Origin: a virus
Taxonomy: Duplodnaviria; Caudoviricetes
Reading direction: 5' to 3' (one strand)
DNA: 24,722 bases
IMG/VR virus record: IMGVR_UViG_3300012933_000024
Span: 1 to 24,722 of that record
This document shows, in pieces, positions 1 through 7,392 of the stretch; positions within the stretch are counted from its first letter, which is position 1; every line of letters begins with the position of its first letter. A model generated the notes under the pieces. It was not told the origin of the DNA. It was given only the letters and a program-made list of their open reading frames with translations, and made no database searches. Made by a program: the position numbers and the translations under genes.

Positions 1-491
1 GTCCAGTCACCCACGTTCAAGCAAAAATTTTGAACAATTTTTTGGCAATCCTCATCCGTCAGCCTTACCCACGGCTTCTGTGCTGGTTGTGGTGTGGTGT
101 AGAGAGGAATCTGGTGGCTTTTTACTTTCTTTCCTTTGCAAATAATGTGATAAGGATGCCCGCTTTCATCTGAATTGCCCCACATAAACATAGACTCTTT
201 TGCAGCCCATAACACAGGCTCACCCTGCTCTTGCTTGGCTACTTGTGGTGGAACACCATCTTCATAAACGGTTTTGCAAACAACACATTCAAGTCTTACA
301 GATTCTTTATGTTCACCCTTCTCTTGCTTGGCTAGTGCTTGGCAAGTGTCGTCAATAAGTTGTTCAAACTTTGCTCTTGTTTCGTCAGACTTTTTGTTTT
401 GGCTAACAAACTCATGATCTGCTTGATACCAATAGTCTTGTCCCAGTTGAAACGCTCGTTTAAGCGCCAGTGTCATTGCTTCTTTACTCAT
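1..491 (-). CDS. Phage hypothetical protein with repeated AKQE(K/Q)GE modules (3' end runs off the window)
   Basis: Translated by hand from ATG 491: MSKEAMTLALKRAF...ALAKQEKGEH...CVVCK...VAKQEQGEPV...IPLYTTPQPAQKPWVRLTDED..., open for 163 codons to the window edge. Its start overlaps the upstream stop (ATGA). Absent from the ORF track because it is truncated. Confidence 0.8.
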   Translation of the reverse strand, partial: MSKEAMTLALKRAFQLGQDYWYQADHEFVSQNKKSDETRAKFEQLIDDTCQALAKQEKGEHKESVRLECVVCKTVYEDGVPPQVAKQEQGEPVLWAAKESMFMWGNSDESGHPYHIICKGKKVKSHQIPLYTTPQPAQKPWVRLTDEDCQKIVQNFCLNVGDW

Positions 492-601
492 AGCAGTGCA
501 TCCTCTGTTTGTGCGCGTTGTTGTTGCGCGTATTCTTTGATTTGCTTGGCAGTCCAAGGCGTTGGTGGGCAGGTAGGAAAAGGCCAATTAGTCGATGTCA
601 T
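488..601 (-). CDS. Small hypothetical protein (37 aa, MTSTNWPFPTCPPTPW...)
   Basis: 3' half of track ORF 488..730, started at internal ATG 601, which overlaps the end of the Zn-finger ORF. Its stop overlaps the next ATG. Confidence 0.55.
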   Translation of the reverse strand: MTSTNWPFPTCPPTPWTAKQIKEYAQQQRAQTEDALL

Positions 602-734
602 AACAGTCGTCCTCTTCTTTCTCAACAGGCTCAACGCCAGAGCCGTGGCACTTACGGCAAGTTGCACCGTCATACATACCCTCACCTGAACCGCTGCACC
701 ATAAACAGATTTCGTCTTCGTCATCTTCAATCAT
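588..734 (-). CDS. Small DnaJ-type zinc-finger protein (48 aa)
   Basis: Hand translation MIEDDEDEICLWCSGSGEGMYDGATCRKCHGSGVEPVEKEEDDCYDID* has two CxxCxGxG motifs. ATGA coupling to the stop of 731..1207. Confidence 0.8.
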   Translation of the reverse strand: MIEDDEDEICLWCSGSGEGMYDGATCRKCHGSGVEPVEKEEDDCYDID

Positions 735-1207
735 GTCTTCTCCAATACAGTTCGCGCTTTACGCGCTTTGATTTCCTTGGTGACAATATCCATTGCTTTC
801 TCAAGTTCACCAATGGTTGTGATTTCCAATTGGGCATCGTGGATTTCCATTACCAAGTTGATGGCAGACAACTCAGCAGCCTTCAAGATGAACTTGTCAT
901 CACGACTAACGCCACGCTTGGCAACTTCAAGCAAAGCATCTTGACCAGCCTTAATCTCATTGGCGTAGTCATCGCCAATATTCATTCGTGCCAGTGCTTC
1001 TGTAATGTTGAACGCGCTGATGATGGTGTCGATGTCAATGCGCGTTGCTTCACCCTTGCGCAATGCCTCAAGAGACTCGTGGTTCTTAATCTTTAAGTGC
1101 AGCACAGCGTTGCCTGTCTCGCTGATGTTTTTAAATCCATTGATGACCCATTGAACAGCGTCAAGGCGAACACCTTTTGGCTTGTACTTTTTGCGCGGTT
1201 TGCTCAC
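731..1207 (-). CDS. Phage hypothetical protein (158 aa, basic N-terminus)
   Basis: Long ORF, GTG start overlapping the upstream TGA, GGAG upstream, operon-like coupling on both sides. Confidence 0.8.
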   Translation of the reverse strand: MSKPRKKYKPKGVRLDAVQWVINGFKNISETGNAVLHLKIKNHESLEALRKGEATRIDIDTIISAFNITEALARMNIGDDYANEIKAGQDALLEVAKRGVSRDDKFILKAAELSAINLVMEIHDAQLEITTIGELEKAMDIVTKEIKARKARTVLEKT

Positions 1208-1356
1208 TGAGACTTCTCCATCAAGTCCATCTCAAGTTCTTTGACGCGATCACGCAATGACTCGACTTCTTGTTCATATGCTTGAAGTTCTTTAGACAAT
1301 GAGCGCAATGATTCGGTCAGGTCGCGGATGATCTCTAACGGGTCTACTGTGTTCAT
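1204..1356 (-). CDS. Small coiled-coil protein (50 aa)
   Basis: Hand translation MNTVDPLEIIRDLTESLRSLSKELQAYEQEVESLRDRVKELEMDLMEKSQ* shows a heptad pattern. AGGAG SD; start/stop overlaps with both neighbours. Confidence 0.75.
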   Translation of the reverse strand: MNTVDPLEIIRDLTESLRSLSKELQAYEQEVESLRDRVKELEMDLMEKSQ

Positions 1357-1562
1357 AACTTTTGCTCCTGTAATTGTTTGCCTCGTGAGTGTTCACGCTC
1401 CTGCTTCACACCACCAAGCCATCCGCACATTGCGCCACGGCTGGCTGCTTCACGAATCATGGTGGCTAATTCATCAGGACGAATCACGCCAACCTTGCCA
1501 CCAGAGCGGCGAATGAAGTCGGTCACGATTGCGTCAATGTCGTTTTGTAGTTGCTCGGACAT
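1353..1562 (-). CDS. Hypothetical protein (69 aa, MSEQLQNDID...)
   Basis: Internal ATG 1562 of track ORF 1353..1604, preceded by GGAGAGG SD. Confidence 0.7.
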   Translation of the reverse strand: MSEQLQNDIDAIVTDFIRRSGGKVGVIRPDELATMIREAASRGAMCGWLGGVKQEREHSRGKQLQEQKL

Positions 1563-1585
1563 AAATTGTTCCTCTCCAAATAGCA

Positions 1586-1786
1586 TTAGGCAAACAGATG
1601 GCAAACCAAGAAACCAGCAGCAAAGGCCAGCGTGATGTAAACCCAGAACTCTGCCTGTTGTGCAGCATCAGAGCTATGACCTTCCATCCATTCCCAACGG
1701 ACACGAGACTCAATCGCTGAGACTGTGTTTGGGTAGGCTTCCTGCATAGTGCGTGGGTAGGTGCGGGTTGTGTCGTTGAGTTTCAT
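1586..1786 (-). CDS. Small membrane protein (66 aa, C-terminal TM helix)
   Basis: ATG 1786 with AAGGA SD; C-terminal FWVYITLAFAAGFLVCHLFA is hydrophobic. Confidence 0.7.
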   Translation of the reverse strand: MKLNDTTRTYPRTMQEAYPNTVSAIESRVRWEWMEGHSSDAAQQAEFWVYITLAFAAGFLVCHLFA

Positions 1787-1796
1787 GGTGGTGTCC

Positions 1797-2000
1797 TTAG
1801 TTGCTGATTTGGTTCTTAGCGTCCATGCGCTGATTAACTTCAAACTGTTTGCTGGCTGCACATTTGATGCAACGATATTGAACTGACTCTGATTTAAATT
1901 CAGTCCAGTTCACTGAAATTGGTGTGCGTAATAGTCCGCGACCACAAGCAGTCTTTGATGTAAAACCGCTTCCGCTTTTGTTTAGATGAGTTACTCGCAT
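1797..2000 (-). CDS. Small hypothetical protein, possibly Zn-binding (H...TACG...CxxC); first gene of the leftward operon
   Basis: AGGAG SD upstream; H/C/CxxC spacing typical of small phage Zn ribbons. Confidence 0.7.
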   Translation of the reverse strand: MRVTHLNKSGSGFTSKTACGRGLLRTPISVNWTEFKSESVQYRCIKCAASKQFEVNQRMDAKNQISN

Positions 2001-2038
2001 TTCGTTTGCTCCTGTTAGCTAGGTTTGTTGATGAGTGA

Positions 2039-2069
2039 ATCATAGCACACTTGATTAGGTAGTCATCAA
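2039..2069 (-). promoter_or_regulatory. Leftward sigma70-type promoter (extended -10 TGcTATGAT)
   Basis: Minus strand reads TTGATGACT...GTGTGC-TATGAT about 40 nt upstream of ATG 2000. Confidence 0.55.
2052..2065. promoter_or_regulatory. Putative operator 1 (TGATTA-GG-TAGTCA)
   Basis: Imperfect palindrome in the leftward promoter; 12/14 identical to 2231-2244. Confidence 0.6.
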
Positions 2070-2097
2070 GCACTTTATTCAAACTATTTGCAGAAGT

Positions 2098-2126
2098 GTT
2101 ACATCTGAGCAACAAATCCCTAAAAT
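2098..2126 (+). promoter_or_regulatory. Putative promoter of the sRNA (GTTACA-17 nt-TAAAAT)
   Basis: -10 TAAAAT at 2121-2126 and weak -35 at 2098-2103; the predicted +1 (~2133) coincides with the base of the first hairpin. Confidence 0.45.
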
Positions 2127-2132
2127 CCTAGT

Positions 2133-2224
2133 CGGCTGGTCGGTTTCTCCAGCCTTACTGCGTGGCTCTCCTCCATGCAGTTGCCATTTGATAGGGTGAC
2201 GGTTAACGCTGTCACCCTTTTTTT
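2133..2224 (+). ncRNA. Putative ~90-nt small regulatory RNA (three stem-loops)
   Basis: GGCTGG/CCAGCC stem (loop TCGGTTTCT), ACTGCGTGG/CCATGCAGT stem (loop CTCTCCT), then terminator hairpin and T7. G-U pairs favour the + strand. No credible ORF. Confidence 0.55.
2193..2224 (+). terminator. Rho-independent terminator
   Basis: AGGGTGACGG-TTAACG-CTGTCACCCT followed by a T run (2218-2224). Confidence 0.8.
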
Positions 2225-2230
2225 GCCATG

Positions 2231-2259
2231 TGATTACATAGTCAAGTTCATGTTAACAT
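2231..2259 (+). promoter_or_regulatory. Operator 2 (TGATTA-CA-TAGTCA, 2231-2244) overlapping the rightward promoter (extended -10 TGtTAACAT, 2251-2259)
   Basis: Second copy of the palindrome at the -35 position; the -10 ends 7 nt before ATG 2267 and there is no SD. Confidence 0.55.
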
Positions 2260-2266
2260 ACTGCAC

Positions 2267-2488
2267 ATGAACACATCTACATACATCACAGACATCAAGC
2301 AACGAGCTTTTGCTGCTGGCTTCAACATGGCAGAGGTCAGCCGTGAGGCTGGTCTTGACCAAGCCCAAGTCTCTCGTTGGATTTCAGGCAAGACAGTTCC
2401 ATTGGTGTCATCCGTGGACAAGCTCAAGCAAGCTCTGGACAGGCTCATTGCAACGCGCATTGATACGCTCACCAAGGGTGCAGCATGA
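2267..2488 (+). CDS. Cro/XRE-family helix-turn-helix regulator
   Basis: 73 aa with HTH pattern NMAEVSREAGLDQAQVSRWISGKTVP; first gene of the rightward operon. Confidence 0.85.
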   Translation: MNTSTYITDIKQRAFAAGFNMAEVSREAGLDQAQVSRWISGKTVPLVSSVDKLKQALDRLIATRIDTLTKGAA

Positions 2489-2952
2489 TTCGCATCATGG
2501 GTGTTGACATTGGCGCTCAAGGCGCGTTCTCGCTGTACGTTGACGGCAAGTTTGAGCGCGTCATTGATATGCCTTGCGTTGAGGTCATTCGCGGTGGCAA
2601 GAAAAAGAATCACATCTCTGCGCAAGGTGTGGCTGCTGCCATCAAAGAATTGAATCCAACTCATGCCATCGTGGAGAAGGTTGGAGCAATGCCAAACCAA
2701 GGCGTGACATCAATGTTTGCGTTTGGTCGTGCTGCTGGATTGATTGAAGGCGCACTGTCTGCGCTGTCAGTGCCAATCACATTCGTCACACCACAAGCGT
2801 GGATGAAGGCAACTGCTTGCGGCAAAGGCAAGGACGCAATCCGTCATCGCTGCATGGAGCTGCATCCAGATCACCAACAGCAGTTTGCTCGTGTCAAGGA
2901 CTCTGGCAGAGCAGACGCAACCATGATGGCTTATTACGGAAGCAAGTTATGA
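2485..2952 (+). CDS. RuvC-like Holliday junction resolvase
   Basis: Motifs IMGVDIG, AIVEKV, F.FG...G, VTPQAWMK and GRADA give the RNase H-fold acidic residues. Confidence 0.88.
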   Translation: MIRIMGVDIGAQGAFSLYVDGKFERVIDMPCVEVIRGGKKKNHISAQGVAAAIKELNPTHAIVEKVGAMPNQGVTSMFAFGRAAGLIEGALSALSVPITFVTPQAWMKATACGKGKDAIRHRCMELHPDHQQQFARVKDSGRADATMMAYYGSKL

Positions 2953-3176
2953 CCGACAACAAATCAGAAACCGAAGTGATGCGCGAACACATTGTCTGGC
3001 TTGGCTCTGAGCTGATGAAGACACAGACGCAACTCACAGCGCGTAACAACATCCTGCAAGATATGTTGAACCCTGATGTATGCGGTTGGGCAGTGCCGCA
3101 TGAGATACGCGCAGCAATCTACAACCTGTTCAGCCATGAGCGTGAGCAAGATACAAATTCATACAACAGAAAGTGA
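2949..3176 (+). CDS. Hypothetical protein (75 aa, MTDNKSETEV...)
   Basis: ATG 2949 overlaps the resolvase stop (ATGA) and fills the gap to the next gene. Confidence 0.7.
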   Translation: MTDNKSETEVMREHIVWLGSELMKTQTQLTARNNILQDMLNPDVCGWAVPHEIRAAIYNLFSHEREQDTNSYNRK

Positions 3177-3180
3177 AACC

Positions 3181-4248
3181 ATGAAAATAAAACTAAGACC
3201 ATCAGCAGCATCACGCTGGATTAACTGCCCTGCATCCGTCAAGCTGTGCGAAGGCATCCCGTACCAACCAGCAGGAGAAGCAGCGCAGATCGGCACAGCT
3301 ATCCACGCTGTTGCTGAGACTTGCATCTTGACGGGGATGTCTCCAGTGGACTTCATCGGCAAGGAAGTTGAAGGCATCACCATCACATCAGCCAATGCAG
3401 ACTTCGCGCAGCAGCACGTCAATCACATCAGGGATTTGGAGCTGCGCTTAGGCAACATGAAGGTAGAGCAATACGTCACAGCATACGAGTCGGACAAGAT
3501 CAATCTTGGCGGCACTGCTGACGTGATGGCGTACAGCGTAGAAAAAGACACGCTGGTCATTGCTGACCTGAAGACGGGTCGCGGATATGTTGATGCTGAC
3601 TCGGACCAGATGAAGATTTACGCCATTGGCGCGATGCGTTCACTAAAAGAAGAGTTCAAGAATATTGAGCTGGCAATTATCCAACCGCATCATGGAGAGC
3701 CACGCACACACAAGATGACATTCAAGGAACTCAATGCGTGGACGTTGCAGAATTTGACACCAGCATTGGTGGCAATTGCTGAAGGCTCAACAACACCAAC
3801 GCCAACAGAGAAAGCCTGTCAGTGGTGTCCAGCTAAAGCAACCTGTCCTGCGCACGTTGAGACATTCAACGAAGTAGCAGCGCAGCCAGCAATGCACACG
3901 ATGACCGAAGACGAGCTGGCAGCAATGCTTGCAAAGGTTGACGTGGTGGAGGACTACATCAAGGCACTGCGTAAGTACGCAACAGATCGTCTGGAGTCAG
4001 GTGCAATCATTCGTGGCTGGCAGATGCAACCCAAACGCGCATTGCGTAAGTGGGCTGACGAGGAAAAGGCTTACGCAGTCTTACTGCAAGCAGGGTTGAC
4101 CACGAAACAAATCTATGTGCAGTCAATGATTAGCCCGTCAGAAGCCAGTAAGTTGTTGTCTAAAGACGACAAAGCGTTGCTTGATGACATCACTAAAAAA
4201 GAATCTTCGGGACTGACGCTTGCAAGAGCTGTTGGACTTGCGCAATAA
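3181..4248 (+). CDS. Cas4-like PD-(D/E)XK exonuclease (DUF2800-like phage recombination nuclease)
   Basis: SAASRWINCP, GTAIH, GTAD, ADLKTG, QMKIYA and CQWCPAKATCP (four Cys for an Fe-S cluster). ATG 3181 preferred over 3076. Confidence 0.88.
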   Translation: MKIKLRPSAASRWINCPASVKLCEGIPYQPAGEAAQIGTAIHAVAETCILTGMSPVDFIGKEVEGITITSANADFAQQHVNHIRDLELRLGNMKVEQYVTAYESDKINLGGTADVMAYSVEKDTLVIADLKTGRGYVDADSDQMKIYAIGAMRSLKEEFKNIELAIIQPHHGEPRTHKMTFKELNAWTLQNLTPALVAIAEGSTTPTPTEKACQWCPAKATCPAHVETFNEVAAQPAMHTMTEDELAAMLAKVDVVEDYIKALRKYATDRLESGAIIRGWQMQPKRALRKWADEEKAYAVLLQAGLTTKQIYVQSMISPSEASKLLSKDDKALLDDITKKESSGLTLARAVGLAQ

Positions 4249-4297
4249 TCCAAACCCCCGAGTCGTTTGACTCATAACTCTGAAAGGCAAAAAGCAA

Positions 4298-4885
4298 ATG
4301 CTTAATCTCTCCTCATCATCTGGCGGTGGCAACTACATCCGCTTCTCTCCACAAGCTAACGCATGGACAAACAGCGAAGGCGAAATCCAACTCAAGAAGG
4401 TCGTGTTTGATTGCGACAACGTGCAAACAGGTTGGCTGTTGCTCGTTACTGGTCAGCGCGAATGGTTGCCTGATGCAGCCTTGGGTCAGAAGGGTAAGCA
4501 GCCTTCACCAGACCATAAGCGCGGCTTCTTGGTTAAGTTCTACAACAAAGAGATGGGCTTAGTCGAGTGGTCATCTAACGGTGTCGGTCCTAACATGGGA
4601 CTCGAAGCACTCTACAACGCAGTGTCAGCTCAACGCGCAGCTAACGCTGGCAAGCTGCCCGTGATTGAGTACACAGGCGCGAAGTTGGAGAAGATTGGTA
4701 AAGGCACAACCCGTGTACCAGCTTTTAACATCGTGAGCTGGATTGAACGTCCTGCTGGTATGGACTCTGTGCAAGCACAGGATGACGGTGAGCAGCAGTT
4801 CACGTCAACAGGAACTGTTGCACAAGCAGCGCCAGCACCGAAGTCAGCAATGGCTCAGGCTGTTGAAGAAGACGAGATGTTCTGA
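4298..4885 (+). CDS. Putative single-stranded DNA-binding / annealing protein
   Basis: Lies between nuclease and primase-helicase; beta-rich body, flexible linker, acidic/aromatic C-terminus EEDEMF; followed by a terminator. Function inferred. Confidence 0.6.
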   Translation: MLNLSSSSGGGNYIRFSPQANAWTNSEGEIQLKKVVFDCDNVQTGWLLLVTGQREWLPDAALGQKGKQPSPDHKRGFLVKFYNKEMGLVEWSSNGVGPNMGLEALYNAVSAQRAANAGKLPVIEYTGAKLEKIGKGTTRVPAFNIVSWIERPAGMDSVQAQDDGEQQFTSTGTVAQAAPAPKSAMAQAVEEDEMF

Positions 4886-4897
4886 CATCAATGAAAA

Positions 4898-4930
4898 GAC
4901 GGGGCTGCTTAACGGCGGTCCCGTTTTTTT
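4898..4930 (+). terminator. Rho-independent terminator
   Basis: ACGGGGCTGC-TTAACG-GCGGTCCCGT plus T run. Confidence 0.75.
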
Positions 4931-4936
4931 GTCTCT

Positions 4937-5059
4937 ATGAAAATACTAAACGAAGAATTTTTGGAGTTGCTCGTAATTGCATTGGCTCAAAGGGTCTATG
5001 AATTGGAGCAACGTATTGAAACATTAGAAGAAGAATGGGATGCAGACTATGACAGATAA
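4937..5059 (+). CDS. Small acidic coiled-coil protein (40 aa)
   Basis: Hand translation MKILNEEFLELLVIALAQRVYELEQRIETLEEEWDADYDR*; below the track length cutoff; no clear SD. Confidence 0.55.
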   Translation: MKILNEEFLELLVIALAQRVYELEQRIETLEEEWDADYDR

Positions 5060-5345
5060 AGAACTGCTAGAACTAGCTGCAAAGGCGGCTGATTATGGGT
5101 TTTTCTTTAACCGCAAAATATCAGATGACGCTTATGAGTGGAAAAGCGATGACGGTATGTTGTGGCAATGGAATCCATTGATGGATGATGGTCAGGCGCT
5201 GCGTTTGGCTGTGAAGTTAGATTTGTTTTGGGAAAACATGGAATTGTTTGATATGCACTTTTCTCACAAACGTGAAGATAAGTATGCAGAGATGCGCCGA
5301 GCAATCGTAAGAGCAGCAGCCGAAATCGGAAAGGCATCAACATAA
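5049..5345 (+). CDS. Phage protein, NinX/DUF2591-like
   Basis: MTDKELLELAAKA...WNPLMDDGQALRLAVKL...RRAIVRAAAEIG is a recurrent phage accessory-protein pattern. Confidence 0.7.
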   Translation: MTDKELLELAAKAADYGFFFNRKISDDAYEWKSDDGMLWQWNPLMDDGQALRLAVKLDLFWENMELFDMHFSHKREDKYAEMRRAIVRAAAEIGKAST

Positions 5346-7391
5346 ATGCAAGCCGAACAAATAGCAAAGGCGCTAGGCAACGCTAAAAAGGTCAACGGAA
5401 GTTGGCTGGCGAGTTGCCCACTGCCAACTCACGGGCAAGGAAACGGGGACAAGAATCCAAGCCTTTCAATCACTGACGGTCAAGACGGTAAGCCTCTGTT
5501 TAAGTGTCACGGTGGGTGCGAGCAGCACGATGTGTTTGCAGCCGTCAGGGACTATGGACTATTGCCAGACTTGGAGCCACGCGCTGAACTGCTGGCATCT
5601 ATCAAGCCATTTGAAGCACCGACACTAGAAAACGAGTGGCACTACACGGACGAGGACGGTGTGACGCTGTTCATCAAGCAGCGTTACAAGACCAACGACT
5701 CCAAGGGTAAGACGTACAAGCAGATCAGGGTGGACGAGCATGGCAAGCGTCATATGTCTATCACTGGCGCAAAGATCGTCCCATACAACTTGCCTGAGGT
5801 AGAGTTGGCGAGGCAAGCTGGTAGAACAGTATTCCTGACGGAAGGCGAGAAGGCGGCAGATGCGTTGAATCAAATCGGGGTGGTGGCAACCTGTACGCAT
5901 CAAGGAGCATCCAGCTTCCCAGAAGACGCAATCCAGTATTTCGCTGGTCTTAACGTGGTCATCCTGCCAGACAACGACAAGGTGGGTTGGGAGTACGCGA
6001 GAAAAGCCGTCAAAGCGTTAAAGAACGTGACGAACAGCATCCGAGTGGTGGACTTGCCCGTGGACGACATCAAGGAAGATGCTTACGAGTTTGTTTATCG
6101 CTACGGCTACGACAAGCAGCACTTGGCAACTCTGACAAAGATGACGGACAAGATCGCATCAGAGGATGATGTAACGATTCCTGAACGCTTCAGCGAGGCA
6201 GAGGAAAAAGCAACAGAAGCACCAGAGTTAAGTTTACAACCCACGAATTTAAGTATCCAACGCCAACCCTTCAAGATTGAGCAGTTGGACGACATTGATG
6301 ATGAGCCTGTGGAGTGGCTAATCGAAGGTGTCATCCCAAAGAAGGCGTTTGTTGCGCTGTACGCGCCACCAGCGAGCTTCAAGTCATTCGTGGCATTGGA
6401 CATTGCTGAGTGCATTGCCACGGGCAGGGAATTCCTGACTAAAGAAGTCAAGCATCAAGGTGCGGTTCTGTACATTGCGGGTGAAGGTCACGGCGGTATC
6501 GGTGCGCGTATCAAGGCCATGAAAAAGCATCACAACACACCAGCAGGTGCGCCAGTGTTCTTTTTACGCAAGCAAATCAACCTACGAAGCAGCGCCACGG
6601 ACATCCAAGACCTAATTCAAGCCGTGGATGACATCCAAGCAACGCACGACATCCAGTTTGAACTTGTAGTCATCGACACACTAGCCAGAGCCTTTGGCGG
6701 TGGCAATGAGAACGCGAGTGAAGACATGGGAGCCTTCATCACAGCGGCTGGCGCAATCCAAGGAAGATACAACTGCGCACTCCTAGTTGTTCACCACGCT
6801 GGTAAGGATGCCACCAAAGGTCTACGAGGTCACAGCAGCTTACTAGGTGCAGTTGACACGGAATTGGAGATCATAAGAATCGAGGACGCGCCAAAAGGAA
6901 TCCTGCACATCAGCAAACAAAAGGACGGTGAGGACGGTCAAAGGTACGGTTTCCAGATGATTACGGTGGAGTTATCCACAACACTTTTGGGGTTTGATAA
7001 CGTGTCATCTTTAGCCGTGGAAGTGGATAACGAGATGAACGTGAACCAAGGTCGCAAGGAAGCGTCACAACCACCAAAGAGAACAGGCTTGGGAACTAAC
7101 AATTCCAACGCATTACGCGCACTCCATGCAGCCATTAAGAAGTTCGGGATGATGGAGAACATCAACGGTATGCGTAACAAGTCGATCAAGGTGGACCAGT
7201 GGCGCGATGAGTTCAAGGCATCAATGGGTAGCGATACGGATGCAGATACTTTCAAGAAACTCTGGTGGCGGGTAAAGACGCAACTGGTTGAAGCAGAGAA
7301 AGTTGCAGTCCATGCGGATTGGTGTTGGGCAATATTTGAGGACCATGACGGTTCAGGTGAAGTCGATCGGAAGGTCATTCCATTCAAGTAA
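5346..7391 (+). CDS. DNA primase-helicase (Zn finger + TOPRIM + RepA/AAA_25 helicase)
   Basis: CPLPTH...CHGGC Zn finger; TEGEKAAD and LPDNDKVG TOPRIM; Walker A variant APPASFKS; Walker B VVIDTL; VVHHAGK...RGHSSL. Confidence 0.92.
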   Translation: MQAEQIAKALGNAKKVNGSWLASCPLPTHGQGNGDKNPSLSITDGQDGKPLFKCHGGCEQHDVFAAVRDYGLLPDLEPRAELLASIKPFEAPTLENEWHYTDEDGVTLFIKQRYKTNDSKGKTYKQIRVDEHGKRHMSITGAKIVPYNLPEVELARQAGRTVFLTEGEKAADALNQIGVVATCTHQGASSFPEDAIQYFAGLNVVILPDNDKVGWEYARKAVKALKNVTNSIRVVDLPVDDIKEDAYEFVYRYGYDKQHLATLTKMTDKIASEDDVTIPERFSEAEEKATEAPELSLQPTNLSIQRQPFKIEQLDDIDDEPVEWLIEGVIPKKAFVALYAPPASFKSFVALDIAECIATGREFLTKEVKHQGAVLYIAGEGHGGIGARIKAMKKHHNTPAGAPVFFLRKQINLRSSATDIQDLIQAVDDIQATHDIQFELVVIDTLARAFGGGNENASEDMGAFITAAGAIQGRYNCALLVVHHAGKDATKGLRGHSSLLGAVDTELEIIRIEDAPKGILHISKQKDGEDGQRYGFQMITVELSTTLLGFDNVSSLAVEVDNEMNVNQGRKEASQPPKRTGLGTNNSNALRALHAAIKKFGMMENINGMRNKSIKVDQWRDEFKASMGSDTDADTFKKLWWRVKTQLVEAEKVAVHADWCWAIFEDHDGSGEVDRKVIPFK

Positions 7392-7392
7392 C

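Noticed and set aside
488-730. 80-aa ORF as listed in the track
   Set aside because: Better explained by a Zn-finger ORF in another frame (588-734) plus a 37-aa ORF from ATG 601.
2133-2224. tRNA gene, or a minus-strand CsrA/RsmA-sponge RNA
   Set aside because: No cloverleaf, T-loop or acceptor stem. G-U pairs and terminator polarity favour the + strand, where no GGA loops exist.
3181-4248. Cas4-like nuclease as evidence of a CRISPR-Cas system
   Set aside because: No other cas genes or repeat-spacer array; the context (resolvase, SSB-like, primase-helicase) is the usual phage recombination module.
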